From an uncultured archaeon (lineage in GTDB: Archaea; Aenigmatarchaeota; Aenigmatarchaeia; CG10238-14; SCSR01), in contig CAYYVK010000001.1 of assembly GCA_964475145.1 (NCBI GenBank), positions 6,328 through 70,327 on the forward strand: DNA of 64,000 nucleotides, in the 5' to 3' direction. Positions 37,965-47,440 of this stretch are shown here, in pieces. The notes beneath the pieces are model-generated. The model did no database searches. It saw only the letters and a program-made list of their open reading frames with translations, and was not told where the DNA came from. Numbering within the stretch: position 1 is the first letter of the stretch; every line of letters begins with the position of its first letter. Made by a program: the position numbers and the translations under genes.

Positions 37965-40022
37965 GTGAGCCTTAAAAAGGAAAGCATCCTGAACCTACTT
38001 GTACTGATAGCAATCTATGCATTTCTTTTAAACTATTTCAAGCCAAGCCTAATCCTGAGAGATACACACATAGCTGGTGGTGATACAGGATCGTTTAACT
38101 ACATGTTATTTTACATGAAAGAGTATCTATTACCTAACGGTAAACTAATTGGTTGGAGTCCGGGCTGGTTTGCTGGCATTCCTATTTTTCAGTTTTACTT
38201 TCCTGCACCATTTTTAGTTGCAGTAATATTAAGCTATGCAACTCCACTAAACATAGCCTTTAAGCTTGTTACAGTCTCAGGGACTTTCTTACTGCCTATA
38301 ACCTGCTTTTTATTTGCTAAATCATTGAAGTTAAAGTTTCCTCTACCAGCCATTGCTGCAACACTGGCGCTTCTCTTTCTTTTTAACGAAGGAAACTCTA
38401 TGTGGGGAGGTAATATTCCAAGTACATTAGCTGGTGAATTTTCTTACAGCCTTAGCCTTGCTTTTACAGTTTTGTTTTTAGGGTCGATTTTTAGAGGAGT
38501 TAAGGAAAACAGATTTTTATTAGCAAACGTTTTGCTTCTGAGTTTCACCGCTCTAACGCACGTCTACACCCTACTCTTTGCTGTGGCATGCTCTCTTTTT
38601 TTCCTCTTCAAAAAATCTAGGAGTGAAGTTGTTAAAAACTTAAAGTATCTCTTAAAGGTTTACTTTTTAGCGTTTCTTTTAGTAAGCTTTTGGTTCATTC
38701 CTGCCCTTGCTAAGTCTGAATACAGAACTCCCCTTAATTACGTGTGGCAAACTAAAGACCTAAAGGAGGTTGTTCCAATTACATTATTACCTGCTCTAGT
38801 TTTAGCTTTTTTTGGTGCTTTAGCAGGATTTAGATTAAGAGATGAAAGAGTTTACTATATTTTGTTCGCAACTCTTGTTTCCTTAGTCTTGTACAAGCTA
38901 ACACCTTTCCTTAAACTAACAGATGCAAGGTGCTTACCATTCTTCCAACTAATGCTATGCTTTTTAGCAGCTTATGCTTTTGTTCCATTGGCTTCGGAAA
39001 GATTAAAACCACTTTTACCTGTAATCGTTCTTCTTTTAACAATTGCTTTTGTAGCCAAAACGATGTCTTACATACCTTACTGGATAGAATGGAATTATAG
39101 CGGGTTCGAAAGCAAAAACGGTTGGCAGCAGTTCGATGCTATAAACAAATACTTGCAAAGCTTGCCAGAAGGTAGAGTTGTTCATGAATTTTCTCGTATA
39201 CATGACAAATTTGGAACAGTAAGGGCTTTCGAATCTATCCCATTTTTTGCTAAAAAACCTGTTTTAGAGGGACTACTGATAGAATCTGCAGTGAACGCAC
39301 CTTTTGTATTTTGGATACAGTCAGAAATTTCTGAAACACCCACTTGCCCAATCCCAGGAATGACTTGCTCACAATTTTCTTTAGAGAATGCAACGCCTCA
39401 CCTACAACTTTTTAACGTAAACTATATAGTTGCTACTTCTGAAAAACTGAAAAATGCTTTGAGAAACAATTCACAATACACCTTTTTAAAAAAGTTTGAT
39501 GAAATAGAAATCTACAAAGTAAACAACAGTGGAAAGTATGTTGAATTAGCTAGGTACGAGCCTGTATTAGTAAAAACTAAAGACTGGAAGAAATTATCGC
39601 TAGAATGGTTTAAGAACAAAAATTTGCTAGATGTGCCACTTGTTTTTTCTGGCGATGAAAAGAGCTTTAAAATTGTAATAAACGATGACCTAACAAAATT
39701 GGTTAAGATACCTGTAGAAGCTAATTGCTCTTTAGAAGAGTTTGTAGCAAACGAAGAAATAAAGATTAAGACTTCTTGTGTAGGAAAACCCTTGTTAATA
39801 AAAATTTCTTATTTTCCAAACTGGAAGGTAGAAGGGGCTGAAAAGATTTACTTAGCATCGCCTGCCTTCATGCTTGTTTTCCCAAAAAATGAAAATGTGA
39901 GGATATACTACACGGAAACCTTAAGCGACCTGATAGGAAAAGTTTTTTCGATGGTTGGATTGATAGTATTAATAGCTTCTGCAGCATCAAAAAGAATTTC
40001 TAAATTCTTAAGCTCAATCTAA
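37965..40022 (+). CDS. large polytopic membrane protein, probable GT-C-fold glycosyltransferase (YfhO/DUF2298-like)
   Basis: 685 aa: ~400-aa multi-TM N-terminal domain, ~270-aa soluble domain, terminal TM; convergent with GT2 gene. Confidence 0.4.
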   Translation: MSLKKESILNLLVLIAIYAFLLNYFKPSLILRDTHIAGGDTGSFNYMLFYMKEYLLPNGKLIGWSPGWFAGIPIFQFYFPAPFLVAVILSYATPLNIAFKLVTVSGTFLLPITCFLFAKSLKLKFPLPAIAATLALLFLFNEGNSMWGGNIPSTLAGEFSYSLSLAFTVLFLGSIFRGVKENRFLLANVLLLSFTALTHVYTLLFAVACSLFFLFKKSRSEVVKNLKYLLKVYFLAFLLVSFWFIPALAKSEYRTPLNYVWQTKDLKEVVPITLLPALVLAFFGALAGFRLRDERVYYILFATLVSLVLYKLTPFLKLTDARCLPFFQLMLCFLAAYAFVPLASERLKPLLPVIVLLLTIAFVAKTMSYIPYWIEWNYSGFESKNGWQQFDAINKYLQSLPEGRVVHEFSRIHDKFGTVRAFESIPFFAKKPVLEGLLIESAVNAPFVFWIQSEISETPTCPIPGMTCSQFSLENATPHLQLFNVNYIVATSEKLKNALRNNSQYTFLKKFDEIEIYKVNNSGKYVELARYEPVLVKTKDWKKLSLEWFKNKNLLDVPLVFSGDEKSFKIVINDDLTKLVKIPVEANCSLEEFVANEEIKIKTSCVGKPLLIKISYFPNWKVEGAEKIYLASPAFMLVFPKNENVRIYYTETLSDLIGKVFSMVGLIVLIASAASKRISKFLSSI

Positions 40023-40683
40023 GCAGGTTTAAAAACATTCTGGGTATGTGAGAAAGCTGGAAGCTAGTAGTTTCTAGCTTTTTAACTGGCGTGTATACTT
40101 CTTTAATCTCAAAACCTTTCCTTCTTATCTTGTTTAAAAGCTCTACGTCAAACTCAAAACCTTTGCACCTAAAGTTCATGCCTATAGAGTCTAGCACATA
40201 CCTTTTCACAAATTTTAATCCTGCCTGTGTATCTTCTAGTTGTAAGTGAAGGAAAAACCTTACTAGAATGTTCCAAAACCTTCCTGCAACTTTTCTTAGA
40301 AAAGGCCAATCTACACAAGAAAACCTTTGACCCTTCCATTTAGAAGCTATTGCACAATCTGTACTTTCCAAAGCCTTAACAACATTCCTTATCTCTTTGC
40401 ATCCAAAGCTACCATCTGCATCAACAAAGCCTATGTAAGAACCTTTAGCAACCTTAAAACCTTCTACTATTGCGGCACCTTTTCCTATCTTTTCCCTGAA
40501 GACAAGAGATTTGACGTTTTTCCTTCTAAACTCATCAACAATCTCAGGAGTTCTATCCGTACAACCGTTGCAAACAACTATTATTTCTTCTGATGGAAAA
40601 CACTTACAGAGCTCCTTCAAAAAGCTACCGATGTGCTTTTCCTCGTTGTAGGCTGGAATTATTATGGATATTTTAGCCATCAA
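40000..40683 (-). CDS. family-2 glycosyltransferase (dolichyl/polyprenyl-phosphate sugar synthase-like)
   Basis: IIIPAYNEEKHIGSFL, GFVDADGSF (DxD), QAGLK motifs. Confidence 0.75.
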   Translation of the reverse strand: MMAKISIIIPAYNEEKHIGSFLKELCKCFPSEEIIVVCNGCTDRTPEIVDEFRRKNVKSLVFREKIGKGAAIVEGFKVAKGSYIGFVDADGSFGCKEIRNVVKALESTDCAIASKWKGQRFSCVDWPFLRKVAGRFWNILVRFFLHLQLEDTQAGLKFVKRYVLDSIGMNFRCKGFEFDVELLNKIRRKGFEIKEVYTPVKKLETTSFQLSHIPRMFLNLLRLSLRI

Positions 40684-40699
40684 TAAAAACTTGAAAAAG

Positions 40700-41629
40700 C
40701 TAGTATTTAGACTTTTTAACAGCTAAGAGAAAGAGAGCAAGAGCAAGCAAAACTATCTGAAGTAAGCCGAATAGGTCAAACTCTGGTAAGCTAGCAATTC
40801 CAACTTTTATTGGAATCTCTAACTTGTACCAGCATTTGTTATCTATACACGCTGAATTTGTCCCATATGGAATTAGGGGGCATGGACAGCTTATTTGATC
40901 GTCAGCCGTAGGCCTTACAAAAAGATAGAGGGTAAGATCTGTAGCTAAGAGAAAGTTCATTCTTGGATAGAACTTAGCTATTTCGCCCCAGTATACAGAG
41001 CTCGTATTACCGCTTGAAGGACTGACCCAAACTGCTTCCGGGAAAGAGGATGAAATATTTACAGAAAAGTTGGTTGCTAATGCGCCTCTGTTTATAACAC
41101 CCACTTCCCAGACAAATTGCTGCCCTACAGTCGCAGAGCTTAAGGGTGCTGTTACCTCAAACGCAATTGGCTGAATAGAACGATTTACTGTACCATTGTA
41201 CAAACTAGGATTTATTGGATCAGAAAAGTTACATATAACTACATTTAATGTAGTATAGTCGTAGGCTGGAAACATTATCGTACAACCATCCTCCTCTCCC
41301 GCAACTGAAGTTTTTGTACATTTTTGGTCTGGTGTGTTCAAGTAGCATTCTACCTTAATATCCCTTCTGCTACCATCGCTATAAGAAGCGTTCCATCGTA
41401 CGTTCAAGTAGTCTCTAACATGGCCCTCAAGCCCAAGTGGATGCTCTCCTGTCATCAGTGTTTCTGGATATAAAAAGTTTCCACCGTATGGGGAATATTT
41501 TACAGGAAACACCCATATAGATAAAATTGTAAAAGTGAAATTAGCTGGCAGTAACTGGAATTGGGCATACCCTGCAGGAGTAAAAACCAAAACTAAAGTA
41601 ATAAAAAGCAATAGAGTGATTTTCTTCAT
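40700..41629 (-). CDS. secreted surface glycoprotein with Sec signal peptide and PEF-CTERM-like sorting signal
   Basis: MKKITLLLFITLVLVFTPAGYA signal; ~9 N-x-S/T sequons; C-terminus ...SLPEFDLFGLLQIVLLALALFLLAVKKSKY (PEF, TM helix, basic tail). Confidence 0.5.
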   Translation of the reverse strand: MKKITLLLFITLVLVFTPAGYAQFQLLPANFTFTILSIWVFPVKYSPYGGNFLYPETLMTGEHPLGLEGHVRDYLNVRWNASYSDGSRRDIKVECYLNTPDQKCTKTSVAGEEDGCTIMFPAYDYTTLNVVICNFSDPINPSLYNGTVNRSIQPIAFEVTAPLSSATVGQQFVWEVGVINRGALATNFSVNISSSFPEAVWVSPSSGNTSSVYWGEIAKFYPRMNFLLATDLTLYLFVRPTADDQISCPCPLIPYGTNSACIDNKCWYKLEIPIKVGIASLPEFDLFGLLQIVLLALALFLLAVKKSKY

Positions 41630-41662
41630 AATACATATTTTGAGATGCTATTAATTAATTAC

Positions 41663-42391
41663 TCATTGAGCAAGAATTCCTAAGGTAGCTGCTATTAAGA
41701 AGATTATTTGGCGGATTTCATATCTAGGTCTCCACTTGAAGATTCCATTACCAGAAAGTCTAACAGTTCCTTTATCACCGTTAAGCGTTACTTGATACTT
41801 ACAGCCTCCATTCAGAAGCTTTATGTTTGGTCTAAAGCTTATCACTCTCAAGCAGTTGCTAAACTTTTGCATATACTCCTTAAACTTTTCATTTTTTTCT
41901 AGGGTTCTGCCTCTAAGAACCTCGTAGATTAAACCTTCTACGTTCTTGAACATTGCCTGCTTTAGCTCTAAAGAATGGTTGGTGTATATCTTTTGTAAAT
42001 CTTCTGAACTCAGTTTTAAAGGTGTAAACTTCGTACCTAAAATTTTTTCCAAACCTGCTACTATTTCTTCTGTTTTCCTATCAGGGCCTCGATAGATTTC
42101 TAGAGTTTTTGTCAACAGGTTTATAAAACAGTACACACGTTTTAACACTTTGCTCTTACCGTTTTGTTTTAAGAATGTAACTATCTCTTCTGCTTCCTCT
42201 TCAGAAAAAACTTTTCTCATGCTATCGTCTATATCCTCATACCACCAGTACTGGATGAACAACTCTTGTTTGTTGTATTTGCTAGGTCTCGAAGTTATCC
42301 ATCCTCCGTTCAATTTAACATTCTTTAAAGCTACCCATATTTCACGAATGGTAAACGTTTTCTCGAAGGTGTAAAGAGTTATACACGGCAT
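41663..42391 (-). CDS. hypothetical protein with C-terminal TM helix
   Basis: 242 aa; no recognised motif. Confidence 0.3.
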   Translation of the reverse strand: MPCITLYTFEKTFTIREIWVALKNVKLNGGWITSRPSKYNKQELFIQYWWYEDIDDSMRKVFSEEEAEEIVTFLKQNGKSKVLKRVYCFINLLTKTLEIYRGPDRKTEEIVAGLEKILGTKFTPLKLSSEDLQKIYTNHSLELKQAMFKNVEGLIYEVLRGRTLEKNEKFKEYMQKFSNCLRVISFRPNIKLLNGGCKYQVTLNGDKGTVRLSGNGIFKWRPRYEIRQIIFLIAATLGILAQ

Positions 42392-42498
42392 GTTACCACC
42401 TCCTTCTAATCATTAATATATATACATTAAGGTATATTTAAATGTTTCTATAGTGTACTTCCGATACTTTTTTATACTATTACTACAAAAGAACATAC

Positions 42499-42969
42499 AT
42501 GGGAAAAATAACATCTAAGGAAGAAGAGTACGATACAAGAAACGCAAGGAGAATAAAAGAGCTTCTCGATAAAAATGAAAGAGGTCTTACAATAGCAGAA
42601 ATAGCTAATCAGCTAAAGCTCAACAGACATACAGTAGCAAAGTTGTGTGAAAGGATGTTAATAGAAAAAAAGATCAATTATGACGAAAAAGGTCCTGCAA
42701 AAGTCTACTACTCTGTTGGTCCAAGCAGGTTTGTTGGTAGAATAGACTTAAGCCCTACCGAGAAATTGTGGATAGATGTTTTCAAACATCCTAAATATAG
42801 CGGGGAGGAAGAGTTTGTAAGAATAAACCAAACTAAACATGATAACTTAATTAGATCGAGTAGCAAGTTTAAGTCTGTTGGAGCTATAGCAATTAAAAAG
42901 AGTCAACTAATAAACTTTATAAGAATTCTAAGGGATGTCGCAAGAAAGGAGTTTGGCTTGAACGTCTAG
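42499..42969 (+). CDS. winged-helix transcriptional regulator
   Basis: LTIAEIANQLKLNRHTVAKLCERMLIEKKI HTH. Confidence 0.45.
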   Translation: MGKITSKEEEYDTRNARRIKELLDKNERGLTIAEIANQLKLNRHTVAKLCERMLIEKKINYDEKGPAKVYYSVGPSRFVGRIDLSPTEKLWIDVFKHPKYSGEEEFVRINQTKHDNLIRSSSKFKSVGAIAIKKSQLINFIRILRDVARKEFGLNV

Positions 42970-43011
42970 AAAAGAATTTTATGTGTGCTGTTAAATAATA
43001 ACTGAGGAAAA

Positions 43012-43422
43012 ATGGAAAAAAATAGAGAACTGGAAGAAAAGATTTTGGCGCACAGAATACTAGAAGTAAGGTTAGGTGCTTTGCTAAAGAATAGAGATCA
43101 AATGATTGCTAAATTGAACGAAATAGAAAACACTATAGAAGGTATAAATGAAATAAGAAAAAGTGACAAGTTTCTCTTTCCCCTTGGGAGTGACACATAT
43201 GTTTTCGGAAATGTGACAAATAAGGAAAAGCTGGTAGTTGAGATGGGTGCTGGTGTAGCATTTGAAAAAACTTTTGATTCTGCAGTTGAGACACTGAAAA
43301 AGAAAAAGAATGAGTTGGAAAAACTCGTAGCCGAAACTCAGGAAGAGATATCAAAAACTTCTCTTGCTCTTCAACAAATAGATTCTGAAATCCAGAAGCT
43401 TGCTAGCAAATCTTCCAAATAG
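43012..43422 (+). CDS. pfdA: prefoldin alpha subunit
   Basis: 136 aa coiled-coil with central beta-hairpin segment FLFPLGSDTYVFGNV...VVEMGAGVAFEK; conserved pfdA-ftsY adjacency. Confidence 0.65.
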   Translation: MEKNRELEEKILAHRILEVRLGALLKNRDQMIAKLNEIENTIEGINEIRKSDKFLFPLGSDTYVFGNVTNKEKLVVEMGAGVAFEKTFDSAVETLKKKKNELEKLVAETQEEISKTSLALQQIDSEIQKLASKSSK

Positions 43423-43433
43423 GGGTAAGTAAA

Positions 43434-44540
43434 ATGTTCAGTCTTTTGAAAGAAAAATTTAAGAAAATGATAAAATCCTTTTCTGAAAAAGTTGAGGAAA
43501 AAGGAAAGAGTGTGGAAGAATTAAGAAAAGAAATTGAAAAGTTATCCAAAGAAGAAACTGAAAAAGCAATAGAAAAAATTAAGTTGAAGGTTGAAGAACT
43601 ACCAGAAGTTAAAAAGGAAATTGAAGAAGAACTTAAAAAAGTAAAACCAAAAGAAAAAAAAGGCTTATTCAAAAAAATTGCCGAGAAGATAACAAAAAAA
43701 ATTTCTGAAAAAACTTTATCAGAAGAAGATGTAGAGCCTATACTTAACGAGCTTGGTAAAGATCTTATAGAAGCTGATGTCGCCTATAGTGTTGTAGAAA
43801 AGATGAAAAACGATTTGAAAAAAAGTCTAGTCGGAAAGGAAATAAAAAGAGGGAAAGAGAAAGAAGCTATAACGCTTGCTTTAAAAGAGAGCATTTTAAA
43901 AATACTAGAAGTTCCTAGCTTTAGCTTAACAGAAAAATTGAAAAATAAAAAACCTGTTTTAATTCTCTTCTTAGGTTTTAACGGTAGTGGTAAGACGACA
44001 AGTCTTGCTAAAGTTGCAAAGTGGCTAATAGACAAAGGCTATTCTTGTGTTTTTGCTGCTGCAGATACTTTTAGAGCTGGTTCAGAGGAACAGTTAGAAG
44101 AGCATGCAAAGAAAATATGTGCAAGAGTCATAAAGCATAAGTACGGTGCAGATCCTGCTGCTGTGATATTTGATGCTGTAAGACATGCGGAAGCGAATGG
44201 TATAGATTTTGTTTTAGCGGATACAGCAGGAAGAAGCCATACAAACGAAAACTTGATGAATGAAATGGAAAAGATAATTCGAGTAAATAAACCAGACGTA
44301 AAAGTGCTAGTGATAGACAGTCTCACAGGAAACGATGCAGTTCTACAAGCAAAGTTTTTTGGGAAGCTTGGAATAGATGCTCTTATCTTCACGAAAGTAG
44401 ACGTGAATGAAAAAGGAGGGGCAATACTTTCTGTTGTTGATGAACTAAAAAAACCTATTTTGTTCCTTTGTAATGGACAAGACTATTCAAACTTAGAAGA
44501 ATTTTCTCCTCAAAAGTTCGTCGAGAACCTTCTTAGTTAA
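43434..44540 (+). CDS. ftsY: signal recognition particle receptor FtsY
   Basis: KE-rich N-domain; NG domain GFNGSGKTTSLAKVAKWL, DTAGR, TKVD motifs. Confidence 0.85.
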   Translation: MFSLLKEKFKKMIKSFSEKVEEKGKSVEELRKEIEKLSKEETEKAIEKIKLKVEELPEVKKEIEEELKKVKPKEKKGLFKKIAEKITKKISEKTLSEEDVEPILNELGKDLIEADVAYSVVEKMKNDLKKSLVGKEIKRGKEKEAITLALKESILKILEVPSFSLTEKLKNKKPVLILFLGFNGSGKTTSLAKVAKWLIDKGYSCVFAAADTFRAGSEEQLEEHAKKICARVIKHKYGADPAAVIFDAVRHAEANGIDFVLADTAGRSHTNENLMNEMEKIIRVNKPDVKVLVIDSLTGNDAVLQAKFFGKLGIDALIFTKVDVNEKGGAILSVVDELKKPILFLCNGQDYSNLEEFSPQKFVENLLS

Positions 44541-44693
44541 TTCACCACTCTTAGTGGTAGAAAAATTCTCCTACGCTACTGAAAGTAGTTAGGCATCTAT
44601 ATCCGACTCCCTTTTCCAACTATTTCTCATGAGAGCTTTTAAAAAACAAGCTCATGAACTTTTCGAAAGTTTTAGTTACTTTGAGGTGTTAAG

Positions 44694-45026
44694 ATGGAAA
44701 GGTACAAATCAGAACATAGAAAACAGAACAGGATTGTAAAGTTCATAAAAGAATACAACGGATTAGTTCCTGTGTTAGGTGGGCTAATAGTTAGTGGAGC
44801 AGCTGGAATAATTGCTTTTGCTGTAGGTAGCGCACAAAGTGCTAGCGATTCCTTCCGATACTTAACGCAAACAGGAGACTTTCTTGGCGCAATAGGGATG
44901 CTTTATGCAAGAGGTAGTGAGCTTGCTGGTAAGTATGCCTTAGCTGGCTATGTCGGTGGCCAATTTGTCACTTATAAACTTAAGAAAAGTGTTTCAAACT
45001 TTTTTGCTGGAATACTGGGGAGGTGA
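44694..45026 (+). CDS. hypothetical small membrane protein (2 TM)
   Basis: 110 aa; Gly/Ala-rich helices. Confidence 0.3.
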   Translation: MERYKSEHRKQNRIVKFIKEYNGLVPVLGGLIVSGAAGIIAFAVGSAQSASDSFRYLTQTGDFLGAIGMLYARGSELAGKYALAGYVGGQFVTYKLKKSVSNFFAGILGR

Positions 45027-45029
45027 AAA

Positions 45030-45320
45030 ATGTCTGAAATAGTCCAACTGTTAGAGAAGTATAAACTTCCACTAGCATTTGGAAGTGGTGTTGCTGCAAC
45101 ACTTTTAGTTCAATACGTTCTTGTGCCAAGAGTTCAGAAATGGAAAGAAGATCTTGCAGAAAAAATTGCAGAGAAACAGGCTAAATACCTAAAAAGTTGT
45201 ACCTCGCAGAATTGTGACGGAATAGTTTACCAAAGTGAATTGAAGAGGTTCGTCAAGGAAGTTGTTAAAGAGAGTTTAGCTGAACTACTGGAGAATTATA
45301 AGCAATCTTTGGAAAAATAG
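45030..45320 (+). CDS. hypothetical protein (1 TM)
   Basis: 96 aa. Confidence 0.3.
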   Translation: MSEIVQLLEKYKLPLAFGSGVAATLLVQYVLVPRVQKWKEDLAEKIAEKQAKYLKSCTSQNCDGIVYQSELKRFVKEVVKESLAELLENYKQSLEK

Positions 45321-45338
45321 AAAGTTGAGCGGGAAAAT

Positions 45339-45737
45339 ATGGAAGTAAAATATGAGAAAAGTTTACCGAATTTTTTAGAAACTCTTTCCTACTCTTTAAA
45401 GAATTTTGCTGAAATTCTAAAACACCAAGAAAAAATAGACATTAGAGAGGAATTGTTGAAAGTAGGTTTGTACTTGCTTTCAGAAGCTAGAAATAATGAG
45501 TTAAAAAATCTTATCTTAGATTTTTTCCCTAAACCTTATAGACCAGTAGCGGATGCAATAATAGAAAAGTATAAGAAAGAACCTTGGGACGTCACAGTAG
45601 ACTTTATTTCGAGTGTAATAAAAGAACTTGGAAGGGACAAGGAAAAAGGTGTGTACAGGTCTACAGAAGAAGTTGTAAAAAGTACTTTTAAGAAATTGGT
45701 TGTAAGTAGCTTAGTCAAAGAACTTTTTAGCGCTTAG
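45339..45737 (+). CDS. hypothetical helical protein
   Basis: 132 aa. Confidence 0.3.
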   Translation: MEVKYEKSLPNFLETLSYSLKNFAEILKHQEKIDIREELLKVGLYLLSEARNNELKNLILDFFPKPYRPVADAIIEKYKKEPWDVTVDFISSVIKELGRDKEKGVYRSTEEVVKSTFKKLVVSSLVKELFSA

Positions 45738-45749
45738 AGTGGCTAAAAA

Positions 45750-46088
45750 ATGGAGCTCGATAGACTTATTAAAACACTAGAAACTTATGATAAGGTATTT
45801 TCTTTTCATCATACAAAAGAAGCTAGCCTAGAATTAAGAAACAGTATCTTAAAAGACCCTGAACTAAGACCATATGATAAAATGCTCTTTACAAGTTATC
45901 TAGATCGACTAAGCCAAACAAAGAACGAACAAAATAATAGTTCATTCTGGAGTTATGCGCTTGTAGGCTTACTTGGTGTTGCAGGTGGTTTTTTGATCCG
46001 AGGTTTGCTCCAAGAATTTCTTGAAAATCTTGTAGAAGATGTGAATAAAAAAGTCCTCGAGAGGCTTGAGTATGAGAGAAAAAAGTAA
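45750..46088 (+). CDS. hypothetical protein with C-terminal TM helix
   Basis: 112 aa. Confidence 0.3.
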   Translation: MELDRLIKTLETYDKVFSFHHTKEASLELRNSILKDPELRPYDKMLFTSYLDRLSQTKNEQNNSSFWSYALVGLLGVAGGFLIRGLLQEFLENLVEDVNKKVLERLEYERKK

Positions 46089-46524
46089 AATTGGGTATGA
46101 GTTTGAAAAAATAGTAGCAAAACTTTTCGAGCTAAAGGGGTATGAAGTAGAAACAAATAAAATTCTGGTTGGCAAGAGTGGGGTTCAACACGAGATAGAC
46201 ATCTACGGCAAGTTAAAAGGAACTACCATGGCTGCTGAGTGCAAGTATAGAAGTATAGAAGAAAAGGTTGAGAAAAATGACATAGCTATATTTTTGATGA
46301 AGCTAGACGACTTAAACATCCAAGAAGCCTACATAATAACAAACTCCAAGTTTGATGAAAATGCAATCAGAATAGGAAATTATTATAACATCAAAATGAT
46401 AGACGGAGATTCTCTAAAAGAAGAGTTTAGAAAGTATGGAATTAGTTACACACTCGAACCCCTTCCAGATGGTCCACTTTTAAATATCGTTAAATCTTTT
46501 ATAAATCTCGCTAAACAAATTTAA
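46066..46524 (+). CDS. stand-alone Mrr-cat-type restriction-endonuclease-fold (PD-(D/E)xK) protein
   Basis: 152 aa; FELKGYEVE...GVQHEIDIYGK...AECKYRS matches D-x(n)-E-x-K core. Confidence 0.55.
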   Translation: MSMREKSKIGYEFEKIVAKLFELKGYEVETNKILVGKSGVQHEIDIYGKLKGTTMAAECKYRSIEEKVEKNDIAIFLMKLDDLNIQEAYIITNSKFDENAIRIGNYYNIKMIDGDSLKEEFRKYGISYTLEPLPDGPLLNIVKSFINLAKQI

Positions 46525-47437
46525 ACGTGCTTTTCCCTCTTTTAGGTTTCAGTTCTAGTATAAATTCTGACCTTACTGTTTCTAAGAATTCACGAAGCAT
46601 TTGCTCATTCTCTGCTGAGAGTGTGTCCCACTCCAGTAAACTCTCGTCTAATTTGGAGTACATTTTTTTACTTGCTTCTAACAATTTTCTTGGAGCCCCT
46701 CCTCTTTCCAAAAGTTTTGAAAGTTCTCTTAGATTTGATTTTATTTTTCTACACTGGGCTTTTTCTCCTATCAGCCTATATACAAGATTAACTACCTTTT
46801 CTACCTCCCTTACATCTAACGGTGGTCTATCAACAGCTAGATCTGCTAGAAGATAAACCTGATAGATGTTCTTCTCTGCTATCTTAATAAGCTTTTCAAA
46901 ACCTTCATCTAGAGAATTAAATTTGTTCGCCGCTCTTATTATTGCCTTATACACAAAATCCCTCTTTGGAAAATCTTCTGGAACAAGATTTGCAATCCTT
47001 TCTGCTATTCTAAACCCCTTTATCAGCTCGACGTTAGACTCGTCTGCAAGAATAGAAAAAAGCTCTCCCTCTACTTCTGCAAACTTATAGCCAACTTTCT
47101 CAAGACGTTTACCCACTTCTAGTTCTACCTTCTTACAAACTCCTGAAAAAAGTTTACTATCTCTCAGCCTAAACTCGTCACCAGTTTCTTGGTAAAAGTT
47201 TGCATAAGGTTGGAGAAAAGCCAGGATAGATGCAAGCTCCTCTGAGAAAAAATTTTTATTCAAGGCATTATAGTTTATGACAAACCTATAGTTCTTAAAA
47301 TCTGCAAATCCTCTTATGCTTTTGTCTTCAAAAAATCTGCCATCCTTATCTAACTCTAATTGAAAAGTGTTTGGAAAGCCAAAATAGTCTGTATAAAGCT
47401 TTACATCTTCTAATACTTTCTTTGCTTTCTCTTCCAT
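46511..47437 (-). CDS. hypothetical protein
   Basis: 308 aa; 4-nt spacing to upstream HAD-like gene. Confidence 0.35.
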   Translation of the reverse strand: MEEKAKKVLEDVKLYTDYFGFPNTFQLELDKDGRFFEDKSIRGFADFKNYRFVINYNALNKNFFSEELASILAFLQPYANFYQETGDEFRLRDSKLFSGVCKKVELEVGKRLEKVGYKFAEVEGELFSILADESNVELIKGFRIAERIANLVPEDFPKRDFVYKAIIRAANKFNSLDEGFEKLIKIAEKNIYQVYLLADLAVDRPPLDVREVEKVVNLVYRLIGEKAQCRKIKSNLRELSKLLERGGAPRKLLEASKKMYSKLDESLLEWDTLSAENEQMLREFLETVRSEFILELKPKRGKSTFKFV

Positions 47438-47440
47438 CTT

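Noticed and set aside
43403-44392. Minus-strand ORFs 43403..43672, 43784..44035, 44039..44392
   Set aside because: Antisense to ftsY/prefoldin; Ser/Phe-rich reverse-complement artefacts of Lys/Glu-rich coding sequence.
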